From positions 89,900,001-89,964,000 of the forward strand of contig NC_082712.1 of NCBI RefSeq assembly GCF_030144855.1: 64,000 bases of DNA, in the 5' to 3' direction. Shown here in pieces: positions 50,437 through 60,879 of this stretch (within the stretch, counting starts at the first letter, position 1; each line of letters starts with the position of its first letter). Under the pieces are notes generated by a model. It was not told the DNA's origin, ran no database searches, and worked only from the letters and a program-made list of their open reading frames with translations. The position numbers were made by a program, and so were the translations under genes. Origin of the DNA: Hypanus sabinus. Its lineage: Eukaryota.

Positions 50437-51030
50437 GCAGCATAAGAACAACATGAGCAACGTAGGAACATAAGGAACATGAGAACATAGGAGCAGGAGT
50501 AGGCCATCCGGCACCTCAAGCCTGTCCCACTATTCAATAAGAACATGGCTGATCTGTCCATAGACTGAGCTCCATCCACCTTCCCTTTCCCCGTAACCCT
50601 TAATTCCCCTACTATGTAAATATCTATCTAACTGTATCTTATGTATATTTAGTGAAGAAGCCTCAACTGCTTCCCTGGGCAGAGAATTCCACAGATTCAC
50701 CACTCTCTGGGATAAACAGTATCACCTCATCTCTGTCCTAAAGCTTCTCCCCTGAATCTTAAGGCAATATCTTGAGTTCTAGTCTCACCTACCAATGGAA
50801 ACAGCTTTCCTACTTCTATCTTATCTATCCCTTTCAATATTTTATATGTTTCTATAAGATCCCCTCTCAATCTTCTGAATTCCAAAGAGTATAGTCCCAA
50901 GCAACTCAATCTCTCCTCATAGGTTAATCCCTTCAGCCCTGGAATCAACCTGGTGAGCCTCTTCTGCACTGCTTCCAAATCCAGTATACCCTTCATCAAG
51001 TATGGAGACCAGAGCTGCACACAATGGAGC
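50437..51030 (-). mobile_element. CR1 3' fragment, inverted (duplicated at about 54068-54645)
   Basis: CVQLWSPYL...LEAVQKRLTRLIPGLKGL; ataagaac-type tail. Confidence 0.85.
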
Positions 51031-51494
51031 GTATGAAGGGCACTGCCTTGATGAAAGCTGCAAATATTACTAAGCAACACAGTGCTTTATTAAGTCAGAC
51101 ATTCGTAACTCGTATGTATTTCAATAACTAAACCAAAAGAGGATGGACTTTCAAACACTTTGATATTGAGGTTCCTCGCAAAAGTCAGAGAAAGTGAAAT
51201 GATGCCTGGGGTACATCTGCTGAAGTTTAACTAAAAGCTGGGGCATATTTGAGTGGCCAACTAGCCTAATCCTGCTCCTATTTTCCGAATGGAACGTGAG
51301 GTGGAAGAATCGGTTTGGAATGCTGAGAATCACCATGGTGGAGGATGGGGTGTTACAAAGTCTGGAACCATCATTCAGAGCCCGGATGGTGCTCGACTGT
51401 GGACAGTACATAAACGATCCACCAAGTCTAAGCGGAGGCTGACATGATTCATTTAGTCGGACAGAGATCTGCAAGGACAGAGAGTACAGGTTAC

Positions 51495-51563
51495 CTGTAA
51501 CTGGGTTCCCCTTGATCAGGCCGACCATCCACACCACTACCAGCAGTCCTAGAACCAGCGCTG
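51495..51563 (-). pseudogene. 3' half of an Arg-TM exon (part of a 440-bp fragment, about 51135-51563)
   Basis: Donor retained; 5' half replaced by CR1 at a gctg microhomology; 6-nt deletion. Confidence 0.75.
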
Positions 51564-53269
51564 ACAGGCAGGATGCAGCAGCTGGGAATAAAAGAGGCCT
51601 TTTCTGGTTGGCTGCCAGTGATTCATAGTTCCTCAGGGGTCAGTTTTGAGACCTCTACTTTTCAAATTGTTTGTGAATGATTTAGATAATGGAACTGATG
51701 TCTTTGTGGCGCAATTTGTGGATGATACAAAGATGGGTGGAGAGATGGGTACTGCTGAGGAAGCAATGTAATTACAACAGGACAGAGACAAATTGGAACA
51801 ATGAGCAAAAAAGTGGATAAAATACAATGTTGGGAAACTATGCTAATGCATTTTGCTGAAAGGAACAATAGTGTGGACTATTATCTAAATTAGCAGAAAA
51901 TTTCAAACAAATGAGGTGCAAATGGACATAGGGTCCTCATGCAAGACACCCAGAAGGTTAATTTTGAGGTAAAGAAGGCAAGTGCAATATTGGCATTTAT
52001 TTCAAAGAGATAATGGTGAGGCTTAATAAGACATTAACTAGTCAGGCCACACTTGGACTACTAACAATTTGGGCCCCGTATCACAGAAAGGATGTGTTGT
52101 CAATGGAAAGAATTCATAGGAGGTCCATGGGAATAATTCTGGTAATGAAGGGGTTAACACATGAGCAGCATTTCGCAGCTTTGGGCCTATATTCACCGAG
52201 ATTTAGAAGAATTCCTGGGGATCTCATTAAAACCTACAGAATGGTGAAAGGACTAGATAGGGTGCATGTGGAGAAGGTGTTTCCTATGGTGTGTGTATCC
52301 GGAGCTAGAGGGCACAACCTCAGAATTGAGGGGCGGCCCTTTAGAAAAAAAGGTAAGGAGGAAGGTTTTAGCCAGTGAGTTGTAAATCTGTGGAATGTGG
52401 ACTGAAGGGGAGGTCACGTCTGTGGGCATATTTCAGGCAGAAGTTGATCATTTCCTAATCAGTCAGAGTGTCAAAGGTTCAGGCAAGAAGGCGGGTGTGT
52501 TGGTGAGATCTGGGATCAGCCATGATGAAACAGCAGAGCAGAATCTATGGGCTGAATGGTCTCATTCTGCTGCTGTGTTTTGTGGTCTTATGGACACTTA
52601 GCAGCTAATATATTAAGTGTAGATGTACACCTGCTGGTGAACGCAAATATTTAATCAGCCAGTTATGTGGCATGAACTCAATGTAAAAAAAACATGCAAA
52701 TAAGGTCTAGGTTTAGATGTTGTGCAAACCAATCTCTGAATGGGGAAGAAATGTGATGGGACTAACTTGGACATTAGAATGAGTATCTCCAAAACAGCAG
52801 ATCTCCTGTGAATTACATTCCTAGCAATCTCTAGGCTTTACAGAGAATGGTGTGAATAACACTAAAAAGAGAGCAGATTTTCTGTAAGAGAAAGCACCTG
52901 GTTAATGTGAGAGATGAGAGAATAACCAGTCTGGTTCAAGGTCACAGTGACTCAAATGTCGACACGTTCTAACAGTGGAGTGCATTGTTCTCCGCTGAAT
53001 GCACAACACATCTAACCTTGAAGTGGATGGGCAGGACAAGCTGCTTCAAATGCTGCTTTGTTTCATAAATATGTGGGATGATTAATGTTTAAATTGAACT
53101 TGCAGACTATACTCAGTTCCACTCCTGCACCAAATAAAGTGGCCACTGAGTAAAGAGCAGGTTATCACAGGAAAAGGCACTCCAGCCAATGAATCTTTTA
53201 CTGATCTAATAATACTAGTAATGGCACAGTTAACTAAACTGGCTACACAAAGATATCTCTCCATTCTCT

Positions 53270-53346
53270 TCATGACCATGGGAGGAGGTGGTCATTTAAA
53301 AGTGTTGCAAAAGTTGGTGCATCTCTGGAATTCTTGGCAAAATCAT
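53270..53346 (-). CDS. Orphan putative tail exon, copy 3 (DDFAKNSRDAPTFATLLNDHLLPWS*)
   Basis: Acceptor gctccAG, open frame. Confidence 0.45.
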
Positions 53347-53739
53347 CTGGAGCATTTCAGATGGGAAGGGGATGGACTTCCCAACACTTCGACATTGAGA
53401 CTCCTTGCAAGTGGTAGGGAAAGTGAGATAAGGCATGGGGTACATCTACCAAAGTTTTATTAAAAGCTGGGGCATATTTGAGGGGCCAAGTAGCCTAATA
53501 TCTGCTCCTATTTTTCAAAGGGAACGTGAGGGGAATAGACGGGCTCAGCATGCTGAGAATCACCATGATAGAGTTTTCAGTGAAGGAGGATGGGGTGTTA
53601 CAAGATCTGAGACCATCATTCAGAGCCCCAGATTCTGTTCGACTGTGATCGGTACCTAACAGTACACCAAGTCTAATGGGAGGCAGACACGATTCATTTA
53701 GTCGGACAGGGATCTGCAAGAACAGAGAATGCAGGTTAC

Positions 53740-53886
53740 CTGTAACTGAGTTCCTCTTGATCAGGTAAATGCCCACGGTCCACATCACTGCCAGCAGTCC
53801 CAGAACCAGCGCTGTCCGGATCATCAGGATGGAGCCGTGGCTCAGGTTCCGCATCTCCTGAGTTACTGTGGGAGTTAATGAATCTC
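53740..53886 (-). CDS. Orphan Arg-TM exon, copy 3 (GDSLTPTVTQEMRNLSHGSILMIRTALVLGLLAVMWTVGIYLIKRNSVT)
   Basis: Acceptor ctcatAG, donor G|GTAACC, 147 nt open. Confidence 0.65.
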
Positions 53887-54661
53887 CTATGAGTTGTGAT
53901 CCAGAGCAGTGACTGACACAGGAGGAGAAGGCAGAGAGAGCAACTGGATGTGAAGGACTGGGGTAAAACATAGGGTCTAGGTTGGAGATTATGACCCAAT
54001 GCTACAGGAGAGGGGAGAGTCAGGGGCACTGGAGGGGGGATCTGAATAATCCTGAGGTGTCTGTGACTCTGCAGCATAAGAACAACATGAGCAACGTAGG
54101 AACATAAGGAACATGAGAACATAGGAGCAGGAGTAGGCCATCCGGCACCTCAAGCCTGTCCCACTATTCAATAAGAACATGGCTGACTCAGCTCTGTCTA
54201 CCTGCCTTTTCTCCATAACCCTTAATTCCCCTACTATGTAAATATCTATCTAACTGTATCTTATGTATATTTAGTGAAGAAGCCTCAACTGCTTCCCTGG
54301 GCAGAGAATTCCACAGATTCACCACTCTCTGGGATAAACAGTATCACCTCATCTCTGTCCTAAAGCTTCTCCCCTGAATCTTAAGGCAATATCCTGTAGT
54401 TCTAGCCTCACCTACCAATGGAAACAACTTTCCTACTTCTATCTTATCTATCCTTTTCAATATTTTATATGTTTCAATAAGATCCCCTCTCACTCTTCTG
54501 AAATTCAGAGCGTATAGTCCCAGGCGACTCAATGTTTCCTCATAGGTTAACCCCTTCATCCCTGGAATCAACCTGGTGAACCTCCTCTGCACCGCCTCCA
54601 AAGCCAGCATATGCTTCGTCAAGTATGGAGACGAGAACTGCACACAATGACGCATGCAAAT

Positions 54662-54803
54662 GGCCCTGCCCCGATGAAAGTTACAATTATTACTAAGCAA
54701 TGCAGTGCTTTAATTAAGTCAGACGTTCGTAACTCGTATGTATTTCAATAATTAAACCATTGTGTTGCTTAGTAATAATTGTAGCTTTCATCGGGGCAGG
54801 GCC
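54662..54803. repeat. Fold-back inverted repeat (39-bp arms with 1 mismatch, extendable to about 55 bp)
   Basis: ggccctgccccgatgaaagttacaattattactaagcaa (54662-54700) vs ttgcttagtaataattgtagctttcatcggggcagggcc (54765-54803). Confidence 0.9.
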
Positions 54804-54817
54804 TTTCGAATGTTCCA

Positions 54818-55170
54818 TTACAAGGTATCTCCAAGTTACGAACGTCCGACTTACAAACAACTCATACGTACAAACAGCCTGCCATAAAGCCTATTATATT
54901 AAAAATTCGTCGGCTTGAGGAAGGAGAATGCCGTCCGCCATTTTAGATGGGATCACGTTGCCGTTAACACTGTGTTGAGTGTGTAATTTTGTATTTGGCT
55001 TAAATTTTTCTTAGTAAGGTTCACCCTGACCCCCCCCCCCCCCCGTTTCCAGTCAGCACCACCCCCACTTGTCCCATTGAACCTGTCTAAGGTCAGGTGG
55101 ACTTTAGAACCCAGGGGAGCTCGGGACCCGCCGCCCGCGGCTGCTGCTGAATCTGCAGTGTTTCTGTTCC
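54818..55170. mobile_element. Possible Tigger/pogo-like non-autonomous DNA transposon fragment
   Basis: caaggtatctccaagttacgaacgtccgacttac resembles Tigger-type terminal sequence (recalled). Right boundary not defined. Confidence 0.35.
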
Positions 55171-55237
55171 GTTGACAGAAAATGAATCCAGTGAGGGATG
55201 GTGGTAGGTTACGGAGGGACTAGGGAGGCCATCTCAC

Positions 55238-55339
55238 CTTGGCAGTCTTTCCTCATTAGCATCCAGGTAGCAAACAACAGGAGCGGCACCAGCCCAATTG
55301 GAAAGAGGTACCACAAAGAGAAAGACAGAACCCCTGCAA
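55238..55339 (-). CDS. Uncharged TM exon of the VJ-type receptor (VAGVLSFSLWYLFPIGLVPLLLFATWMLMRKDCQ)
   Basis: Acceptor tttgtttcAG, donor AAG|GTGAGA, 102 nt, phase 1-1, hydrophobic core followed by an RK stop-transfer signal. Not in the ORF track. Confidence 0.8.
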
Positions 55340-55439
55340 CTGAAACAAACCAAAACATTCAAATCACCTTAAGCACAGCGAGATGTGTCAGAGTAAATCA
55401 GAGGGAATAAACTAAACAACTTGTGGGAGACAATGTGCG

Positions 55440-55622
55440 NNNNNNNNNNNNNNNNNNNNNNNNNNNNNNNNNNNNNNNNNNNNNNNNNNNNNNNNNNNNN
55501 NNNNNNNNNNNNNNNNNNNNNNNNNNNNNNNNNNNNNNNNNNNNNNNNNNNNNNNNNNNNNNNNNNNNNNNNNNNNNNNNNNNNNNNNNNNNNNNNNNNN
55601 NNNNNNNNNNNNNNNNNNNNNN
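55440..55622. other. Assembly gap (run of N) inside the V-TM intron
   Basis: Contiguous Ns. Confidence 0.99.
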
Positions 55623-55662
55623 TCCCCTGTGCCCTGCTTGTCCTGTGTCCTGGTGACCTTAC

Positions 55663-56037
55663 CGAGTACTTCCACCCTGGTGCCATTGCCATGGTAGACA
55701 TTGTGCATTGACAGCGGCCTGACGACACCGATGTCGCATTGGTATTCTCCACTGTCTCCTCTCTTTGCGCTCATCACCACCAGGCTGGTTACCCAGCCCT
55801 GTTCCTCTCCCTTGACGTGCATTCCCCTGCTCCGATCTGTGCTGTTGTTCGAGTAAGTTTTGTTTGTCAGGGTCTTTGTGAATTGGAGCTGGGTGTTCCC
55901 TACGGTCCATTTGAAGACCACCGTTTCCAGTGGCGTGACCTCCGTCGTATCGAACTGGCAGCAGAGACGGAATGGTTTCCCTTCAATCACAGAGAGGGTC
56001 GCTGGGGTCTGCTGGACCACGACAATCCCCATTGTAC
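55663..56037 (-). CDS. VJ-type Ig V exon, NCR3(NKp30)/TMIGD2(CD28H)-like (VQQTPATLSVIEG...LCCQF...FKWT...DSGEYQC...HGNGTRVEVL)
   Basis: Acceptor cacacAG, donor G|GTAAGG, 375 nt open; canonical Cys, Trp, D-x-G-x-Y-x-C and a J-like GNGT-x-V. No leader exon found. Confidence 0.85.
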
Positions 56038-57336
56038 CTGTGTGTGTGCAGACAAGAACAACTCAGATGGGATTATTCGGTTTGAAAGCTGAAACGTTAG
56101 CAGAAAAGTCCAAGTCCCAAACTGCCGTCATGCAGATCCTTGATAAATCTCACCAGCGTCTGTTGTTTCTTACTCGTTTTGTGTTTCTTACTATTTAATG
56201 CATATAGTCATCAATATGGCCGCGTTCTCTTCTGCTGTCATCAGCCTTGGGTGCCACAACACCAGGATCAGGGACAGTTACGACTCTACAACCATCCGGC
56301 TCCTGAACCAGACTGGATAACTTCTCTCAGCTCAACTCTGAACTGATTCCACAACCTGCGCACTCACTTTCAATGACTCTGCAGCTCATGTATCAGTGTT
56401 ATTCATTTATGTATCTACCCGTCTATTTATTATCACTACTACTATTGTTTGTATTTACACAGCTCGTCCGCTTTTCCATGTTAGCTTTTGTCTGTTTTGT
56501 GTGTAGTTTTTCATTGATACTATTGAACTTCTTCGTTCTTTGGTGAATGCCCGCAAGAAAATGAATCTCAGGGTAGTATATGGTGACATATGCAGTGCTG
56601 TGTGAAGGTCTCAGGCACAGTTCTGTATCTAGGGTGTCTAAGACTTCTGCACGGTACTGTATTTGTCATCGTGGAGCAGGGAGTGAGTTTGTAAATCTGG
56701 CGGAAGCAATGGATGTTGGGAATGTGATGGTGGAGCACCATGGGAGGGGTGTGGGACAGGTGGCAGAGAAGGAGTGCTGGGTGAGGGGTAGCACAGTTGC
56801 AGATACGCCCAGCCCTGGGACACCAGGCAAGATCATTTGATCCCAAACAATTGGTTTATTGATCATTATAGACTGTCTCTCTGGTGCTTTCTGCTCCCGC
56901 TCCTCTCCCTTCCCCTTTTTCCAACCAGGAATCCCCTCTCCCTGCCCCCTTCCCACTTTCAGTCCGCAATAGAGACGCAGATCAGAATTAAGTTTATCAT
57001 TCACATATTTCACAGAATTTCGGGGTTTTTTTGGCAGCAGCAGTACTGTGCAATAAACAAAATGGCCACAGTCCTGTGCAGAAGTGTTAGGCACCCTAGA
57101 TATATACAGAAACAAGCAAGAGAAAATCTGTAGATGCTGTGTATATATGCACACAGTAACCTGGGTACTCGCGTTCAATTGACTACTTCTCCCGCTGCTT
57201 CTCGCAACGCGTTCTCCGCGCCACGCTTTCCGCCATGAGGAGGTACCTGGGGTCCCTATCTCCGTAACTTCCACAACTCTGGGCTTCCCCATCCGCCGCC
57301 TACGGTTGAACTGTCTCACCACTGCCTATAGTTCTC

Positions 57337-57745
57337 CCGTCTCTCCGCCACCTACACTGCACCCGTCTCTCCGCCACCTACACTGCACCCGTCTCTCCGC
57401 CGTCCATGGTGGAACCGTCTCTCCGCCGTCCATGGTGGACCCGTCTCTCCACCACCCACGGTGGAACCTTCTCTCCGCCACCTACAGTGCACCCGTCTCT
57501 CCGCCGTCCATGGTGGAACCGTCTCTCTGCCACCTACAGTGCACCCGTCTCTCCGCCACCCACGGTGGAACCTTCTCTCCGCCACCTACACTGCACCCAT
57601 CTCTCCGCCACCTACAGTGCACCCGTCTCTCCGCCACCTACACTGCACCCGTCTCTCCGCCGCCCATGGTGGAACCGTCTCTCCGCCACCTTCAGTGTAC
57701 CCGTCTCTCCGCCACCCACGGTGGAACCGTCTCTCTGCCGCCTCC
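57337..57745 (+). repeat. 26-bp minisatellite, about 15.5 units, constant 13-mer plus interspersed variant halves
   Basis: Units start every 26 nt at ccgtctctccgcc; second halves acctaca(c/g)tgcac, gtccatggtggaa or acccacggtggaa. Confidence 0.95.
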
Positions 57746-60303
57746 AATGCTACTTTATCTTCCGCCAGATTCAGCTTTCAATCGCAGCTTCTTTGGCTTT
57801 CTCATGTCCTGGCATGATCGGAAGATGGTCCATCTACGGACTACAGAACCTGCTGTCTCCAATGCCGGAAGACCGTGGTCCCTGCTGCCTACTTCAATGA
57901 TCCGGAGTAGATTTCCAATCCAGGCTCCATCACCATCAATGCGGCTTCCAACGACCCCGGACACCTTCAAAGTGCTGCCTGCCCAACCTCCAACTCGGAC
58001 TCCAGCCTTGACCAACAGCACCCGCTGCCACTGGATCCCCGTCTCCCCTTCCCCTACCACCACTCCACAGTCCTCTATCTCTCAGGTCTCACCACCAGTT
58101 CTTGGGTCTTCAGAGACTCCATCTTCCTCTATCCCACATTCCCTGAACAGCCCAACCCTGCCCTCTCCACTGACACAACCAATTCCCTTCCCCGTTCTGA
58201 CCCCAACCCTCATCTGTGCCGGGCCTCATCTTTGTCCCCCTACGCTCACACCTCAGTGAGTTCCACGCCCGCTATGGCACTGATTTCCTGTTCCACGCCT
58301 TTGTCTCCATGCCAATTTATTTGACAAGGAATCTTTATTCACACCAATGACCGCTCCTCCCGTGTTTAACCCTCCTCCTCTTCCTGAAGACTCCACTCTG
58401 GTCTTCTGCCTGCTCTGGACCTTTTCATTGCCGTCTCTACTTCAGCACTCTTCTCTCCAATTACAACCTCGCTCCTTCCGAACGAACTGCTCTCCACTCT
58501 CTGCGCACTAATCCTAACCTCACACTGCATATAAAGCAGGTGGGGGTAATGCTGAAGTAGTCTGGCAGAAAGACCTCTATGTTGCTGAGGCTGGCAACAA
58601 CTGTCAGACACCTCCTCTTACTTACTATTCGAACAGGATCTCAATAAGGAGCACCAGGCCATAGTCTCCCACACCATCACCAACCTTATTAGCTCTGGGG
58701 ATCTCCTATCCACTGCCATCTACTTCCTACCCAAGATCCACAAACTATATCTGCATATCTGGACTCAGTTTTATCCCTCCTGGGTCAGACTGTTCCCACT
58801 TACATCCGTGACACTTCACATGTTCTTGATCTTTTCAAAGATTGCAAGTTCTGGGACCCTGATCATCTTATCATCACTATGGATGTCCAGTCCCTGTACA
58901 CCTCCATCCCCCACCAAGAAGGCCTCAAAGTTCTCTGTTTCTTTCTGCACACCAGACCCAACCAGTTCCTCTCCACCACCACTCTCCTCCGTCTAGTCTA
59001 GCAGAACTTGTTCTCACTCTTAATCAGCTCCCCCCACGGCCTTCAGAGATGTAACCATGGGAACTTGCATGGGTCCCAGCTAAGCCTGCCTGTTTGTGGG
59101 CCATGTGGAACAGTCTATATTCCAAGCCTACACTGGTATCACTCCCCAACATTTCCTATGCAACATCGACGACTGCATTGGTGCTGCTTCCTGCACTCGT
59201 GTGGAGATCATCGATTTCATCCACTTTGCCTCCAACCTCCACCCTGCCTTCTAATTTACCTGGTCCATTTCTGACACCTCCCTCTCCTTTCTCGATCTCA
59301 CTATCTCTATCTCCGGAGACAGCATATCGATCGATATCTATTATAAACCCACTGATTCTTACCTGGGACTATACCTCGTCCCACACTGTTATTTGTAAAA
59401 ACGCCATCCCTTTCTATCAATTCCTTCATCTCCACCGTATCTGGGGTCGGGATGAGGCTCTTCATTCTAGAATGAAGGAGATGTCTTCCCTCAAAGAAAG
59501 GGACTTCCCTTCCTCCACCATCAATGCTGCCCTGAACTGCATCTCTTCCATTTTACTTCCATTCCATCTGCTCTTACCCCATCCTCTCACCACCCCAGAA
59601 GGGATAGGGTTCCTCAGACTCACCTACCACCCCACCAGCCTCCGCATCCAGCACAGAATTCTCTATAACTTCTGGCATCTACAGTGGGATCCCACCACCA
59701 AGTACATCTTTCCCTCCACCCCCACCTTCCCTTTCTCAACTTGCTTGTCCATTCATCCCTCCCCACTGATCTCCCTCCTGGCACTTATCCTTGCCAGCAG
59801 AACAAGTGCTACCCCTGCCCCTGCACCTCCTCCCTCACTACCATTCAGGGCCTCAAACTGTCCTTCCAGGTGAGCTGACACTTCATCTGTGAGTCTGCTG
59901 AAGTCATCGACCGATGTGGAAACCCGATGCAGTGTGGGAGACCACTTCGCTGAGTACCTATGCTCTGCTCACCAGGAAAAGCAGGATCTCCCAGTGGTCT
60001 CTCAGTTTAATTCCCACACTCAGGTTGGAGGAGCAACAGCTTATATTCCGTCTGGGTAGCCTCCAACCTGATGGCATGATCATCAATTTCTTGAACTTCC
60101 AGTAATGTGCTTACCCCCAACCAGACCACCACTATCAACATTCCCCATTCCCATTTCCCTCCCTCAACTTATGTCCTTACCTGCCCATCACCTCCCTCTG
60201 GATCTTCTCCCCAATTTTTTTGCCCCTGTGGCCTTCTGTCCTCTCCTAACTGGGTGTTCCCTCCCCCCCACCTTTTTATTCTGGCACCTTCCCCCTTCCT
60301 TCT

Positions 60304-60341
60304 CAGTCCTGACGAAGGGTCTTAACCTGAAACGCTGACTG
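60304..60341 (+). ncRNA. Minimal type I hammerhead ribozyme-like motif in the Penelope-like terminal repeat, probably mutated
   Basis: cagtc-CTGACGA-agg gtcttaa cct-GAAA-cgct-gactg: stem I, core boxes and stem II are present, but the cleavage-site U is replaced by C. Confidence 0.6.
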
Positions 60342-60879
60342 TTTATTCATTTTCACAGATGCTGCCTGATCTGAGTTTCCCCAGTATTTTGTGTGTTGCT
60401 TTATATTGCACTGTTTGTTTCAAAACATACAGAGCAAATTCAAAATAGAAAGAAAAAAATATTTGTTCACACATTAAAAAACACACATCTATAGTCCAAG
60501 AGCCTGAGCGACATGTCCTGCAAATTCATGGCAGAGTTGCTGGCCATCCAGCCTGTTGTTCCACCAATGAACACTGGAGGGCAGTACCTATAGGAGAGGC
60601 CCGCTCCAACAGAGCACAGTCACCACGCTACACCACCTCCTGCGTGTCCATTCCTGGACTGCAGCAAACTGCAAGCATGCGTCTTGAGGCCTAGTCCACG
60701 CTACAACTGAGGCCCATTTGAGAAAGGATTTCAGGTTAGCCCAGAACAGATTCCTAGGATGAGATAGTGTCCCAGATCATTATCAATTTGGTTTCACTCC
60801 ATTCCCTTTACTCCTATTACCTAGTCACCCTTATTTAGTTTGTTTTATACCTACACTAAAAGGCTTATGTTGTAGATAT

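Larger units (their letters stand above)
51564..54760. repeat. Nested tandem duplicate of about 46030-51135 (without the hAT insert)
   Basis: CR1 3' end, spacer, tail exon, TM exon, inverted CR1 and the same terminal 100 bp recur in the same order. Confidence 0.9.
57190..60395 (+). mobile_element. Penelope-like retroelement, decayed (RT about 58600-59450, GIY-YIG remnant about 59870-60090, pLTR with hammerhead motif)
   Basis: MDVQSLYTSIPH, MGTCMGPS, NIDDCIG (YIDD variant), FLDLTI, YYKPTDS. 5' boundary approximate. Confidence 0.8.

Noticed and set aside
55070-55160. Candidate cytoplasmic exon for the VJ-type gene (ETLQIQQQPRAAGPELPWVLKST*)
   Set aside because: Weak acceptor, lies in probable transposon-derived sequence, no paralogous support.
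55369-55752. ORFs spanning the N run
   Set aside because: Artefacts of translating the assembly gap.
56149-56260. GTGAGA donor upstream of the VJ exon as its leader exon
   Set aside because: The phase-1 frame has a TAA a few codons upstream, and there is no hydrophobic ATG-initiated stretch.
57337-57745. CRISPR-like look (constant repeat plus variable spacer)
   Set aside because: The variable parts are only 13 nt and recur as three types, no cas genes are present, and the context is eukaryotic. It is a minisatellite.
57306-58259. 317-aa Pro-rich ORF and overlapping ORFs
   Set aside because: Produced by the stop-poor minisatellite and the C-rich Penelope-like 5' region; no domain or splice support.
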